DNA of 64,000 nt from an uncultured Fibrobacterota bacterium (GTDB taxonomy: Bacteria > Fibrobacterota > Chitinivibrionia > Chitinivibrionales > Chitinispirillaceae), in contig CAWDOZ010000133.1 of assembly GCA_963803935.1 (NCBI GenBank), forward strand, positions 37,882 through 101,881. Reading direction: 5' to 3'. The position numbers and the translations under genes were made by a program. The stretch's first letter is position 1. The number at the start of each line of letters is the position of its first letter. A model generated the notes under the pieces. The model was not told where the DNA came from and ran no database searches. It saw only the letters and a list, made by a program, of their open reading frames with translations. Of the stretch, positions 10,213 to 18,185 are shown one piece after another.

Positions 10213-11503
10213 TATTTTCGGTCTCGGCTATGTAGGCGTCGTAACCTCCGCCTGTCTTGCGCGCGACGGCAATAATGTCATCGGGGTCGATGTCAATAAG
10301 GAGAAGGTCGGCATGGTGCTCAAGGGTAAAGCGCCGATAGTGGAACTGGGGCTTTCGGAGCTCCTCGCCGAAGTCATTGCGGCGAAGCGGCTTTCGGCCA
10401 CGACTTCGGTAGCGGACGCCGTTGCGGCAACCGAGGTTTCACTCGTCTGCGTCGGGTCGCCTTCGGCGCCGGACGGCAGCACCTACCTGGGGCATGTTTT
10501 CGATGTCTGCCAGCAGCTCGGGGTTGCCATTGCCAAAAAGCGCGAACCGCATACGGTGATAATCCGCAGCACGGTGCCCCCCGGAACCACGGAAAAATGC
10601 CGGAGTATCATCCGGGAGCGCATTGGGAAGGGAGCCTTTCATATCGGGTTCAACCCCGAATTCCTGCGCGAGGGAAGCGCCATCAACGACTTTCATTCCG
10701 CCCCCTTTACCATTATCGGAACCGACAACCCGGTCGCGGAAAATGCGATCCGGGAGCTTTATTCCCTGGTGCAGTCGCAGGTACTCGTCATGGAGTTCAA
10801 GGTTGCGGAAATGATCAAATTCACCTGCAATGCCTGGCATGCCGCGAAAATCAGTTTCTCCAATGAGATCGGCCGTGTTTCCAAGGCGGTCGGAGTTGAT
10901 GGACGCAAGGTTATGGAGGTCATCATCCAGGACCTGAAGCTCAATGTCTCCCCTGCCTATATGCGGCCGGGATTTGCCTTCGGCGGCTCCTGCCTGCCCA
11001 AGGATGTGCGCTCCCTCATTCATATCGCACAGGTCAACAACGTCCAGGTCCCGCTCCTCACGTCGATGCTCGATTCCAACGACCAGCATATCAACCGTTC
11101 GGTCCAGCTGGTCATGGATACCGGCAAGCGCAATATCAGCCTTCTGGGACTGGCTTTCAAAAGCGGCACGGACGACCTTCGTGAAAGCCCGGCAGTCGAG
11201 CTTGCGGAGCGTCTTCTCGGTAAAGGATTCAATCTCAAGATTTACGATCCCGCCGTTCATGAAGCCAAGCTCATCGGTGCAAACAAGATGTACATTGAAT
11301 CAAAGCTCCCGCATCTGACCCGGCTTCTGACCAATAATATCCAGGAGATCGTTGCCCACGGCGAAGTGCTGGTCGTTACGCACGCCGCCGGCGAGTTCCG
11401 CAGCCTCATCGACGGTCTGGGCGCCTCGAAATTCATCATCGACCTTGCAGGCCTCCTCAAACCGGATGTGAAAGAAACGAACTATGCCGGTGTCTCCTGG
11501 TAA
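10199..11503 (+). CDS. algD: GDP-mannose 6-dehydrogenase
   Basis: Similarity to Pseudomonas AlgD, as I recall it, runs along the full length: SIFGLGYVGVV..C, VIGVDVN, GKAPIVELGL, NPEFLREGSAI, VAEMIKFTCNAWHAAKISFSNEIG, AVGVDGRKVM, YMRPGFAFGGSCLPKDVR, GTDDLRESPAVELAE, GANKMYIESKLPH. Confidence 0.85.
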   Translation: MMNVSIFGLGYVGVVTSACLARDGNNVIGVDVNKEKVGMVLKGKAPIVELGLSELLAEVIAAKRLSATTSVADAVAATEVSLVCVGSPSAPDGSTYLGHVFDVCQQLGVAIAKKREPHTVIIRSTVPPGTTEKCRSIIRERIGKGAFHIGFNPEFLREGSAINDFHSAPFTIIGTDNPVAENAIRELYSLVQSQVLVMEFKVAEMIKFTCNAWHAAKISFSNEIGRVSKAVGVDGRKVMEVIIQDLKLNVSPAYMRPGFAFGGSCLPKDVRSLIHIAQVNNVQVPLLTSMLDSNDQHINRSVQLVMDTGKRNISLLGLAFKSGTDDLRESPAVELAERLLGKGFNLKIYDPAVHEAKLIGANKMYIESKLPHLTRLLTNNIQEIVAHGEVLVVTHAAGEFRSLIDGLGASKFIIDLAGLLKPDVKETNYAGVSW

Positions 11504-12689
11504 GGTCCTGATTATCGTCGAAAACCTGCCGGTCCCTTTTGACCGGCGGGTGTGGATGGAATCGACCACGCTTGCCGCCGCCGGGTACACGGTCAGTATA
11601 ATCTGCCCGATCGGCAAGGGATATGAGAAAACCTTCGAAGTAATTGACGGTATCCACATTTACCGTCATCCGCTTCCTGCGGAGGAAAGCTCACCGCTGG
11701 GTTATATACGAGAGTATTTTACGGCGCTCCGTCATGAGTTCCGGCTGGCCCGGCGGGTTAAGAAGGAGCGGGGGTTCGGGGTGATTCACGCCTGCAACCC
11801 TCCCGACCTGATCTTTCTCGTTGCGCTCTGGTTCAAGCTCCTGTACGGTACGAAATTTCTTTTCGACCAGCACAACCTGAACCCGGAACTTTACGAATCT
11901 AAGTTTCTGCGGCGGGATGTCTTCTACCACGGGCTGCGTTTTGCCGAGCGATGCACCTTTGCAGCGGCGAATCTCGTCATCTGCACCAACGAGTCGTACC
12001 GGGCGGTCGCACTTTCGCGGGGCCGTAAGAGGCCCGACCGGGTTTTCGTGGTGCGAAGCGGCCCGCGTCTCGATATTTTCAACCCGGTGCCACCCCTTTC
12101 CCGTTACAAACGGAATAAGGCCTGGCTCGTCGGCTACCTGGGTGTCATGGGCGAATTCGACGGTGTCGACCATCTGGTGCGGGCAGCCCACGAGCTGATA
12201 GCGAACCGGGGCCGGCAAGACATCGCCTTCTGCTTTGTCGGCTCGGGCCCTATGCTCGAATCACTGAAAGCGATGGCGGTCAAACTGGGTATCGATTCCG
12301 CCGTGGAGTTTACCGGCAGAGTGTCCGATACGGAAATGATCGAGAGGATCTGTACCTGCGATGTCTGCGTGGACTGCGATCCGCTCAATCCGCTCAACAA
12401 TGTTTCGACCATGAATAAGGTCCTCGAGTACATGGCGCTCAAGCGCCCGATCGTTCAGTACGATCTCATCGAAGGCAGGCGATCGGCGCTCGATGCGTCG
12501 GTCTATGCACAACCGAACGATGTCATGGATCTGGCGGATAAAATCGAGGCACTGCTTGGCGATCCGAATCTCCGCAAATCCATGGGAGAGTTCGGACGGA
12601 GCCGCATGGAGAACGAACTGGAGTGGAAGCACCAGGCGCCGCACCTGCTTGCAGCCTACGACGCACTCCTCAACCCCCGCTCCGCCTGA
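11484..12689 (+). CDS. glycosyltransferase family 4
   Basis: The N-terminus reads KVLIIVENLPVPFDRRVWMESTTLAAAGYTV. The C-terminal half has the GT-B pattern (GYLGVMGEFDGVDHL ... EFTGRV ... NKVLEYMALKRPIV). Confidence 0.8.
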   Translation: MPVSPGKVLIIVENLPVPFDRRVWMESTTLAAAGYTVSIICPIGKGYEKTFEVIDGIHIYRHPLPAEESSPLGYIREYFTALRHEFRLARRVKKERGFGVIHACNPPDLIFLVALWFKLLYGTKFLFDQHNLNPELYESKFLRRDVFYHGLRFAERCTFAAANLVICTNESYRAVALSRGRKRPDRVFVVRSGPRLDIFNPVPPLSRYKRNKAWLVGYLGVMGEFDGVDHLVRAAHELIANRGRQDIAFCFVGSGPMLESLKAMAVKLGIDSAVEFTGRVSDTEMIERICTCDVCVDCDPLNPLNNVSTMNKVLEYMALKRPIVQYDLIEGRRSALDASVYAQPNDVMDLADKIEALLGDPNLRKSMGEFGRSRMENELEWKHQAPHLLAAYDALLNPRSA

Positions 12690-12733
12690 GGATCGTCAAT
12701 GAGGCATTCTCCCTTGCCCGCTGGTGCCCGGAT

Positions 12734-14176
12734 ATGAAGAGTAAGCCGCTCCACACCCTTTTCGTGCGGGCCACCTATGCCTTTTCCGGCACGCTGGTCG
12801 GTAGACTCTCCGCGGCCGCCGCCGGGGTTATCATGGCGCGTTCTCTCCAGGCGGAGATGTTCGGCGTCTATTCCGCCCTGTGGGAACTGTCGCTCCTCTG
12901 CGGCTCCTTTACCGATACCGGGATGACCATCGGCATGCAGCGCGATGGCGCAAACAACCACTCCCTGCTCGGCGGGCTTCTCGGCAACGCCCTTTTCGTC
13001 AGGCTGGCCATCGGCGTCCCGGCGCTCGTCATCGCCTTCTTTTTTTCGAGCAAAATGACTGCCGGCCACCTTTATGGGATGGTCTACCTTTTTCTCGCCC
13101 TGGCCTCGGCGGCTGTTTTCCTTTCCGAACCCATGTACAGCGTGCTGCAGGTTCTCGGCAGGCAGCGCATAGTTGCAGCCATCGAATCCGTTCGCGGGGT
13201 CGGTTCATTGCTCGGCATTGCGGCGCTTGTGGTGCTCAGGCGCGGGGTCACGGAAATGGCGCTTCTGCAGGCGGTCATCTATATCGCCGTTTTTGTGTGG
13301 CTGGCGGTGGTAACACTCCGGGTATCGCCGCCCACGTTCAATTTCAGGGAAGCCATCAGGCAGTTTCAAACTTCCTTTGTCTACGGCATTTCGGGCCTGG
13401 TTTTCTCCCTGTATTCCAGGATTCCATTTCTGTACCTCTCCTATTTCAAGGGCCCGATGGCGGTGGGCTACTATGCTGCCGCCTATCGTATCCTCTCGGT
13501 TCTCTATGTCGTCGGCGCCGGAGCCTACCAGAGGGCATTTCTACCCTCCCTCTTCGGGCTTCACAGCAAAGACATCGGCGCATTCAGGGCGGCGGGGAAT
13601 TTCATGCAGAAATATTTCTTTATTTTCGGCTTTTTCAGCGCCGTTGCTCTTTACATAGGCGCCGATACCGTCATCCTGCTCCTCATGGGACATAAGTATG
13701 CCCCATCCATCGGCATCATGCGGGTCCTGAGCCTGTCGGTTTTCCTCAGTTTTCTCCTGTACTCCGGGGATGCGTGCATGACCGCGGCAAATAAGAATTA
13801 TCGCAAGATCGTTTTTCAGGTGGTCGGGACGGTCGCCGGAGCCGGTGCCGGATTATATCTCGTTCAGCAGTACGGCATCATGGGCACGGCATGCCTGGAT
13901 ATTCTCATCCGCTTGATACTTCTCTGCCTCTTTCTCTCGTATACGTATAAAATGCACTACATGGACTTTGCCTCGATCGCCCGCTTCATCCCGGCATTTG
14001 CGATCGCCGTGGCGGGGAGTATCGCCTCGGTCCGGTTCATGCCGAACGCGCTTGTCATGAGGCCGGTGATCATGGGTATCGTCCTGTCGGTTATTATGCT
14101 GGTGGCCCTCGGCCCGGCCTACCTCAAAACCCTGGCCGGCTACCTCCGGCCGCATCGCGAGAGCCCGCTATGCTGA
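12734..14176 (+). CDS. Wzx-type oligosaccharide flippase (MOP superfamily polysaccharide biosynthesis protein)
   Basis: The start is taken at MKSKPLHTLF (ATG 12734). The upstream part of ORF 12623.. overlaps the preceding GT. The protein is about 480 aa and almost entirely hydrophobic helices. It lies in the EPS locus. Confidence 0.7.
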   Translation: MKSKPLHTLFVRATYAFSGTLVGRLSAAAAGVIMARSLQAEMFGVYSALWELSLLCGSFTDTGMTIGMQRDGANNHSLLGGLLGNALFVRLAIGVPALVIAFFFSSKMTAGHLYGMVYLFLALASAAVFLSEPMYSVLQVLGRQRIVAAIESVRGVGSLLGIAALVVLRRGVTEMALLQAVIYIAVFVWLAVVTLRVSPPTFNFREAIRQFQTSFVYGISGLVFSLYSRIPFLYLSYFKGPMAVGYYAAAYRILSVLYVVGAGAYQRAFLPSLFGLHSKDIGAFRAAGNFMQKYFFIFGFFSAVALYIGADTVILLLMGHKYAPSIGIMRVLSLSVFLSFLLYSGDACMTAANKNYRKIVFQVVGTVAGAGAGLYLVQQYGIMGTACLDILIRLILLCLFLSYTYKMHYMDFASIARFIPAFAIAVAGSIASVRFMPNALVMRPVIMGIVLSVIMLVALGPAYLKTLAGYLRPHRESPLC

Positions 14177-15294
14177 AAATCGCCATGATTGCCGGACCAA
14201 TCGCCTACACGGTTGCGTTATCGAATGCCCTCTCCCGGTACTGCCGGATCGATCTCTACTGCGGCAAACGCTATGCCGGGCAGGAGGACCCCTCGGTTTT
14301 TTCCGGGCTCGCCGGAAATGTTACCCTTATCCTCTACGAGGAGTACCGGAAGCGGGATCCCCGGAATGCCGTTGCGCAATACAAACTCTGCCGGATGCTC
14401 AGGAAAGGCAACTACGATCTCATCCATCTGCAGTTTGAATGGGAGTGGGCCATGCTGCTTTTGTATCCGATGATCAGGAAAATTCCTCTCGTGTTCACGG
14501 TGCACGACCCGTACCAGCATCCGGGCAACCGGCGGTTTTTTATCATGTATATGGATTTACTGCAGGCATTTTTCATCAGGAAGGCAAAACGGCTCGTGGT
14601 GCACGGCGACGTCATGCGCCGGCAGCTCCTCCAACGGTACCCCCGCGTTCGGCCCGAAGAGGTCCTGAGCCACCTTATCGGCGACTCTTCGCTCCAGAAC
14701 CGCATGGATTCGAATGCCTCTGCAGAGTCCGATCCGTCGCCGGACAATATAATTTTATTTTTCGGCAACGTACGGCCCAACAAAGGTGTTCCCTACCTGG
14801 TAAAGGCAGAGCCGCTCCTTGCCGCGAAACTCGATAATTTCCGGATTCACATCGTCGGCAGGTGCGCGGATGATTCCTATAAAAAGCTCATCGTTGACCG
14901 AAGCCGGTATGTCCTCAGTGAACAATTCCTGCCGCACGATAAGGTTGCGGAGGTTTTTTCCGCGGCAACGGTAGTGGTACTCCCCTACCTCGATGCAACC
15001 CAGACGGCCGTCATCCCGCTTGCATACGGGTACGGCAGGCCGGTTGTCGCATCGGCCGTTGGCGGTATCGTGGACATGGTGGAGGATGGAAAAACCGGAA
15101 TTCTGGTTGAACCGCGAAACGAACGGGCGCTTGCGGATGCTCTCTGCACGATCCTCACCGACAAGGCGCTCGCCGGGCGGATGGGAAGATACGCGCGGGA
15201 GTTTGCGAAGACGCGCCTCTCGTGGGAGAGTTCTGCAGCGGCAACGGCCAACCTGTACCAATCGGTTGTGGCGGAGGCGCCTGGTGGACGGTAG
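14170..15294 (+). CDS. glycosyltransferase family 4
   Basis: Supporting motifs are IILFFGNVRPNKGVPYL and LPYLDATQTAVIPLAYGYGRPVVASAVGGIVDMVEDGKTGILVEP (the E-x7-E-type GT4 signature). Confidence 0.8.
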   Translation: MLKIAMIAGPIAYTVALSNALSRYCRIDLYCGKRYAGQEDPSVFSGLAGNVTLILYEEYRKRDPRNAVAQYKLCRMLRKGNYDLIHLQFEWEWAMLLLYPMIRKIPLVFTVHDPYQHPGNRRFFIMYMDLLQAFFIRKAKRLVVHGDVMRRQLLQRYPRVRPEEVLSHLIGDSSLQNRMDSNASAESDPSPDNIILFFGNVRPNKGVPYLVKAEPLLAAKLDNFRIHIVGRCADDSYKKLIVDRSRYVLSEQFLPHDKVAEVFSAATVVVLPYLDATQTAVIPLAYGYGRPVVASAVGGIVDMVEDGKTGILVEPRNERALADALCTILTDKALAGRMGRYAREFAKTRLSWESSAAATANLYQSVVAEAPGGR

Positions 15295-15307
15295 AAAAAC
15301 CATTGCC

Positions 15308-16360
15308 ATGGTTGGCGTCTATGCCGACGGGAAGCTCCATGGCGGCATCTGCGCGGTCATCGACCAGTATCTCCATTCGCCCATCGCGGAGAACTACCGC
15401 ATTCTGCTCAGCGGCAACTCCTCGGCAGGCGGCTTTCCGGCAAAAACAGCGGCATTTATCGGCGGATGCTTCACGCTTGCGAAGCACTGCGCATGCGACG
15501 GGGTCTCCCTTGTCCATCTCCACACTGCCTCGGGAACGAGCTTCTACCGCAAATCGGTCTGTTTCCTGATCGCAAAGCTTTTCCGCAAAAAAACTATCGT
15601 TCATATTCATGGCGGGGGGTTTCTCGATTTTTATGCGTCCTCCGGCGCATCGGTCCGCTTGCTCATTCGCCGGGTCCTCGATCGGGCAGATGCGATTATC
15701 GTCCTTTCGGAGGGATTCCGCACCGGTATCGGGAGAATCTCGAAAAACCCCAACCTCCACGTCGTTTTCAACCCGGTGAGCAGCGCCGATGATGCCAACG
15801 CTTTCAGCGGTGATGCCTCGCCGCGGGTCCTCTTTGTCGGCGATGTCATCGAACGCAAGGGCATCGGCGAGCTCATAGCCGCAATGAAGATAATTCTCGA
15901 CTCGAAACCCTCAGCCCGCCTCACCATCTGCGGCGCCGGCCGGATTGACTTTTACCGGCGGGTCTGCAGCGATCTTCATATTTCCGAGGCCGTTTCCTTT
16001 ACCGGATTCGTGAGCGGGGAGGCAAAGCGTTCGGCATTCTCGGCCGCGTCCCTCTTCGTTCTGCCCTCCTGGGTCGAAGGAATGCCCATGGTGGTAATCG
16101 AGGCCATGGCCGCCGGTCTGCCGGTTGTCGCTTCGGCGGTGGGGGGAATCCCGGAAATCATCGAGGAGGGCAGGAACGGCCTCCTCGTGCCACCGCGCAA
16201 TGTGGCCGCACTTGCTGAGCGGATCCTCCGGATCGCCGCTGATCCTGCACTGGGTAAATCGATGTCCGCTGAAAATATCCGGAAGGTACGGGAGGTATTC
16301 GATATATCGGTGATTGCAGGCAAGGTTTGCGAAATCTATGAGAAGGTACTGCAAGGATAA
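15308..16360 (+). CDS. glycosyltransferase family 4
   Basis: The start is taken at MVGVYADGK (ATG 15308), just after the previous stop. The upstream part of ORF 14993.. is out-of-frame overlap. The signature is VLPSWVEGMPMVVIEAMAAGLPVVASAVGGIPEIIEEGRNGLLVPP. Confidence 0.8.
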   Translation: MVGVYADGKLHGGICAVIDQYLHSPIAENYRILLSGNSSAGGFPAKTAAFIGGCFTLAKHCACDGVSLVHLHTASGTSFYRKSVCFLIAKLFRKKTIVHIHGGGFLDFYASSGASVRLLIRRVLDRADAIIVLSEGFRTGIGRISKNPNLHVVFNPVSSADDANAFSGDASPRVLFVGDVIERKGIGELIAAMKIILDSKPSARLTICGAGRIDFYRRVCSDLHISEAVSFTGFVSGEAKRSAFSAASLFVLPSWVEGMPMVVIEAMAAGLPVVASAVGGIPEIIEEGRNGLLVPPRNVAALAERILRIAADPALGKSMSAENIRKVREVFDISVIAGKVCEIYEKVLQG

Positions 16361-17203
16361 TTAACTTCTTTGACTGACCAATTTCTTTTTTCTCCGGGAC
16401 CTCAGCTTGAACCAGAGCGGCGGGACAAATGCCATTGCGGTCCCTGTACCGCAGTTGCCGCATGAACTGTTGGAGCTGCTTGAACTGGCCGTGGTCGCAA
16501 GCGTACCCCCATCCCTGTTGAATACTGTGTCGACTTCGGCTTCGGACAACGCAATGCGGTAAATGCGGACATTGGCGATCGTTCCGCTGACCCCGTTGGC
16601 CGCTCCGCCGGGAGCCACCCGCAAGGGATTATTGCCGAGAAACAATGCTCCCGATCCATTCCCTATCGTTCCGCTGCATCCCAATGCATTATCCATGACG
16701 CCATTGATGTAGAGCTTCGCTGTGGTTCCATCGTAGGTAGCGGTAATATTCGCCCACTGGTTCGGGGAAAGCTGTGAATTTGAAATTAATGAGATCCCGG
16801 GCTTCATCACTCCGGCCAGGTAAAACGATACCGACAGGTTGCTGTCGATCGATAGCGCCTTATCTTCGAGAGAATCGCTCCACTTATCGAGGAGCCGGCC
16901 ACCGCCGTATTTATTCGGTTCAAACCAGAGGGAATAGGTCAGGGCGGTTGAGAAATTTGAATATGCCGCGGTACTGTCCGCCTGAACATATTCGGTCGAA
17001 TCGCTTAACTGGATGGCATACGAGGTAAGGCCATAGGACCAGGTGGCTCCATGGATGGTGCCGGTGTGGTTCTGGCCGCTCGAATCGTGAGCGACGGTTC
17101 CCGTTCCCTCAGTAAATCCCCAGAAGGATACCAGGCTGTCTGAAGCCCCTTGTGCATAACACATTGAGCATAAGAGGCATATAGCGAATGCGGTGCGAAT
17201 CAT
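16361..17203 (-). CDS. secreted LamG/concanavalin-A-like lectin domain protein with an unusual C-terminal Cys-Gly, hydrophobic and basic tail
   Basis: The start is taken at MIRTAFAICLLCSMCYAQG (signal peptide). LamG-like motifs are LVSFWGFTEGTG..AHDSSG, YSLWFEP, AKLYINGV, LFLGNN and VRIYRIALSEAEV. The tail is SSCGNCGTGTAMAFVPPLWFKLRSRRKKK. Confidence 0.6.
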   Translation of the reverse strand: MIRTAFAICLLCSMCYAQGASDSLVSFWGFTEGTGTVAHDSSGQNHTGTIHGATWSYGLTSYAIQLSDSTEYVQADSTAAYSNFSTALTYSLWFEPNKYGGGRLLDKWSDSLEDKALSIDSNLSVSFYLAGVMKPGISLISNSQLSPNQWANITATYDGTTAKLYINGVMDNALGCSGTIGNGSGALFLGNNPLRVAPGGAANGVSGTIANVRIYRIALSEAEVDTVFNRDGGTLATTASSSSSNSSCGNCGTGTAMAFVPPLWFKLRSRRKKKLVSQRS

Positions 17204-17352
17204 GAGCTCCCCCGGGAAAACCAGTCGGCAAATCTTCTTAAAAATATTATTAATCCTGCTGCGGGGGCGTAAAATGGTTACACCATTGAAAAGCAGATGC
17301 CCCGGCAAACATGGCTGCTGTGGCGGGAATCAGTAATGAGGATTGGTTTTGA

Positions 17353-17419
17353 AGCTCCCCGGAGCAAGAGCTCCGGGGACCGCGAAAGCAGCCTGTCATG
17401 CGCTCGCTGTGCCTGTTCA
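17353..17419. repeat. hairpin plus 45-nt conserved core, copy 1 (candidate structured element)
   Basis: A GCTCCCCGGAGC-aaga-GCTCCGGGGA(c) hairpin is followed by GGGGACCGCGAAAGCAGCCTGTCATGCGCTCGCTGTGCCTGTTCA. The 45-nt core recurs at 57216-57260 with 2 mismatches. Confidence 0.65.
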
Positions 17420-17547
17420 AGGCAGGTCTATTGACATGGCGGACAGTCCGGCCGGTTACCTCATCAGAAGGCGGTTCTGCAAGCAATCGTCCGGAATCGG
17501 GAACTCAGGCAACAAGCGGAACAACGGCAGTATAACCTGACTACCTT

Positions 17548-17847
17548 CTATTTCAGGCACTGCAGTATTTCTGTCGATTTGCTCAATTTTGGTCCTTCCT
17601 CTTTCTGGACTATCTTGTAAAATTCACAGGTCATGCAGTTGGCAAGCTTGGTTGCAAAGGTTCCCTGAACCTTCCCGCCGCAAAATGTTCCCGATAGTGC
17701 CCAGCAGGAGCGTCCCCCATTTTTGCCGGAGTTTAGTCCATTCGCGCGCGATTCGGATGCCGCCGGGCACGTACCGAGCTCTGCAACTTTTGCGCCTCCC
17801 GGTTCCCTGCCGCATTTTTTAAACTCCCAGCAATTTTGTGCAGGCAT
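17548..17847 (-). CDS. small Cys-rich two-CW-type protein
   Basis: It carries an NCWEFKKCGREPGG motif, a second CW (SCWAL) and C-x2-C (NCMTC). Six Cys are conserved with the paralog at 33808..34104, and the 14 N-terminal motif residues are identical. It resembles the 'two-CW domain' family from memory; I did not search. Confidence 0.65.
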   Translation of the reverse strand: MPAQNCWEFKKCGREPGGAKVAELGTCPAASESRANGLNSGKNGGRSCWALSGTFCGGKVQGTFATKLANCMTCEFYKIVQKEEGPKLSKSTEILQCLK

Positions 17848-18087
17848 TACTATGCTCCTTATTTCTCAGGTGGATAATCATTAAATTGGAAGGACAGGCT
17901 TCCAAGTTTCATTATATCATCATGGGAGCATACAATCCACCGCATACAACAAGGATGGTTACAACAACTATCAATGCAGAAGAATGTCGGAATCGGAGTA
18001 CAAGCGAATTTTCGGGGAAGATTTACAGCCTTTTGATTTTACGCATATACGAATCTATACCTCTAGGGGTTTGGTTTTCCGTATTTG

Positions 18088-18183
18088 CCTTTTCTACCCT
18101 GAAAAAAGGCGTTGCTGAAGGGAAGACGGGGTGTGTCGGAGACGCGGCTTTGTGCCGCTCCCCCAGCCGAGCAGCAACCAAAT
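18088..18183 (+). repeat. mosaic hairpin repeat, degenerate short copy
   Basis: A head-like TTTTCTACCCTGAAAAAAGGCGTTGCTGAAGGG is followed by a GTCGGAGACGCGGCTTTGTGCCGCTCC hairpin module. It lies between the histidine kinase stop and the two-CW gene start. Confidence 0.55.
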
Positions 18184-18185
18184 GC

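Noticed and set aside
12623-12733. N-terminal extensions of track ORFs (12623.., 14993..15307, 42922..43095, 56194..56400, 59533..59923, 25828..26001, 1835..1876, 4178..4252, 48320..48406).
   Set aside because: The extensions overlap the preceding gene or run through hairpin repeats. They have Arg/Pro-rich composition and precede an internal start that gives the family-typical N-terminus or signal peptide.
16361-16470. Calling the LamG tail a PEP-CTERM or MYXO-CTERM signal, and the locus an exosortase system.
   Set aside because: There is no PEP motif and no exosortase (EpsH-like) gene in the window. The hydrophobic stretch is short. It is reported only as a candidate novel tail, not as a known sorting class.
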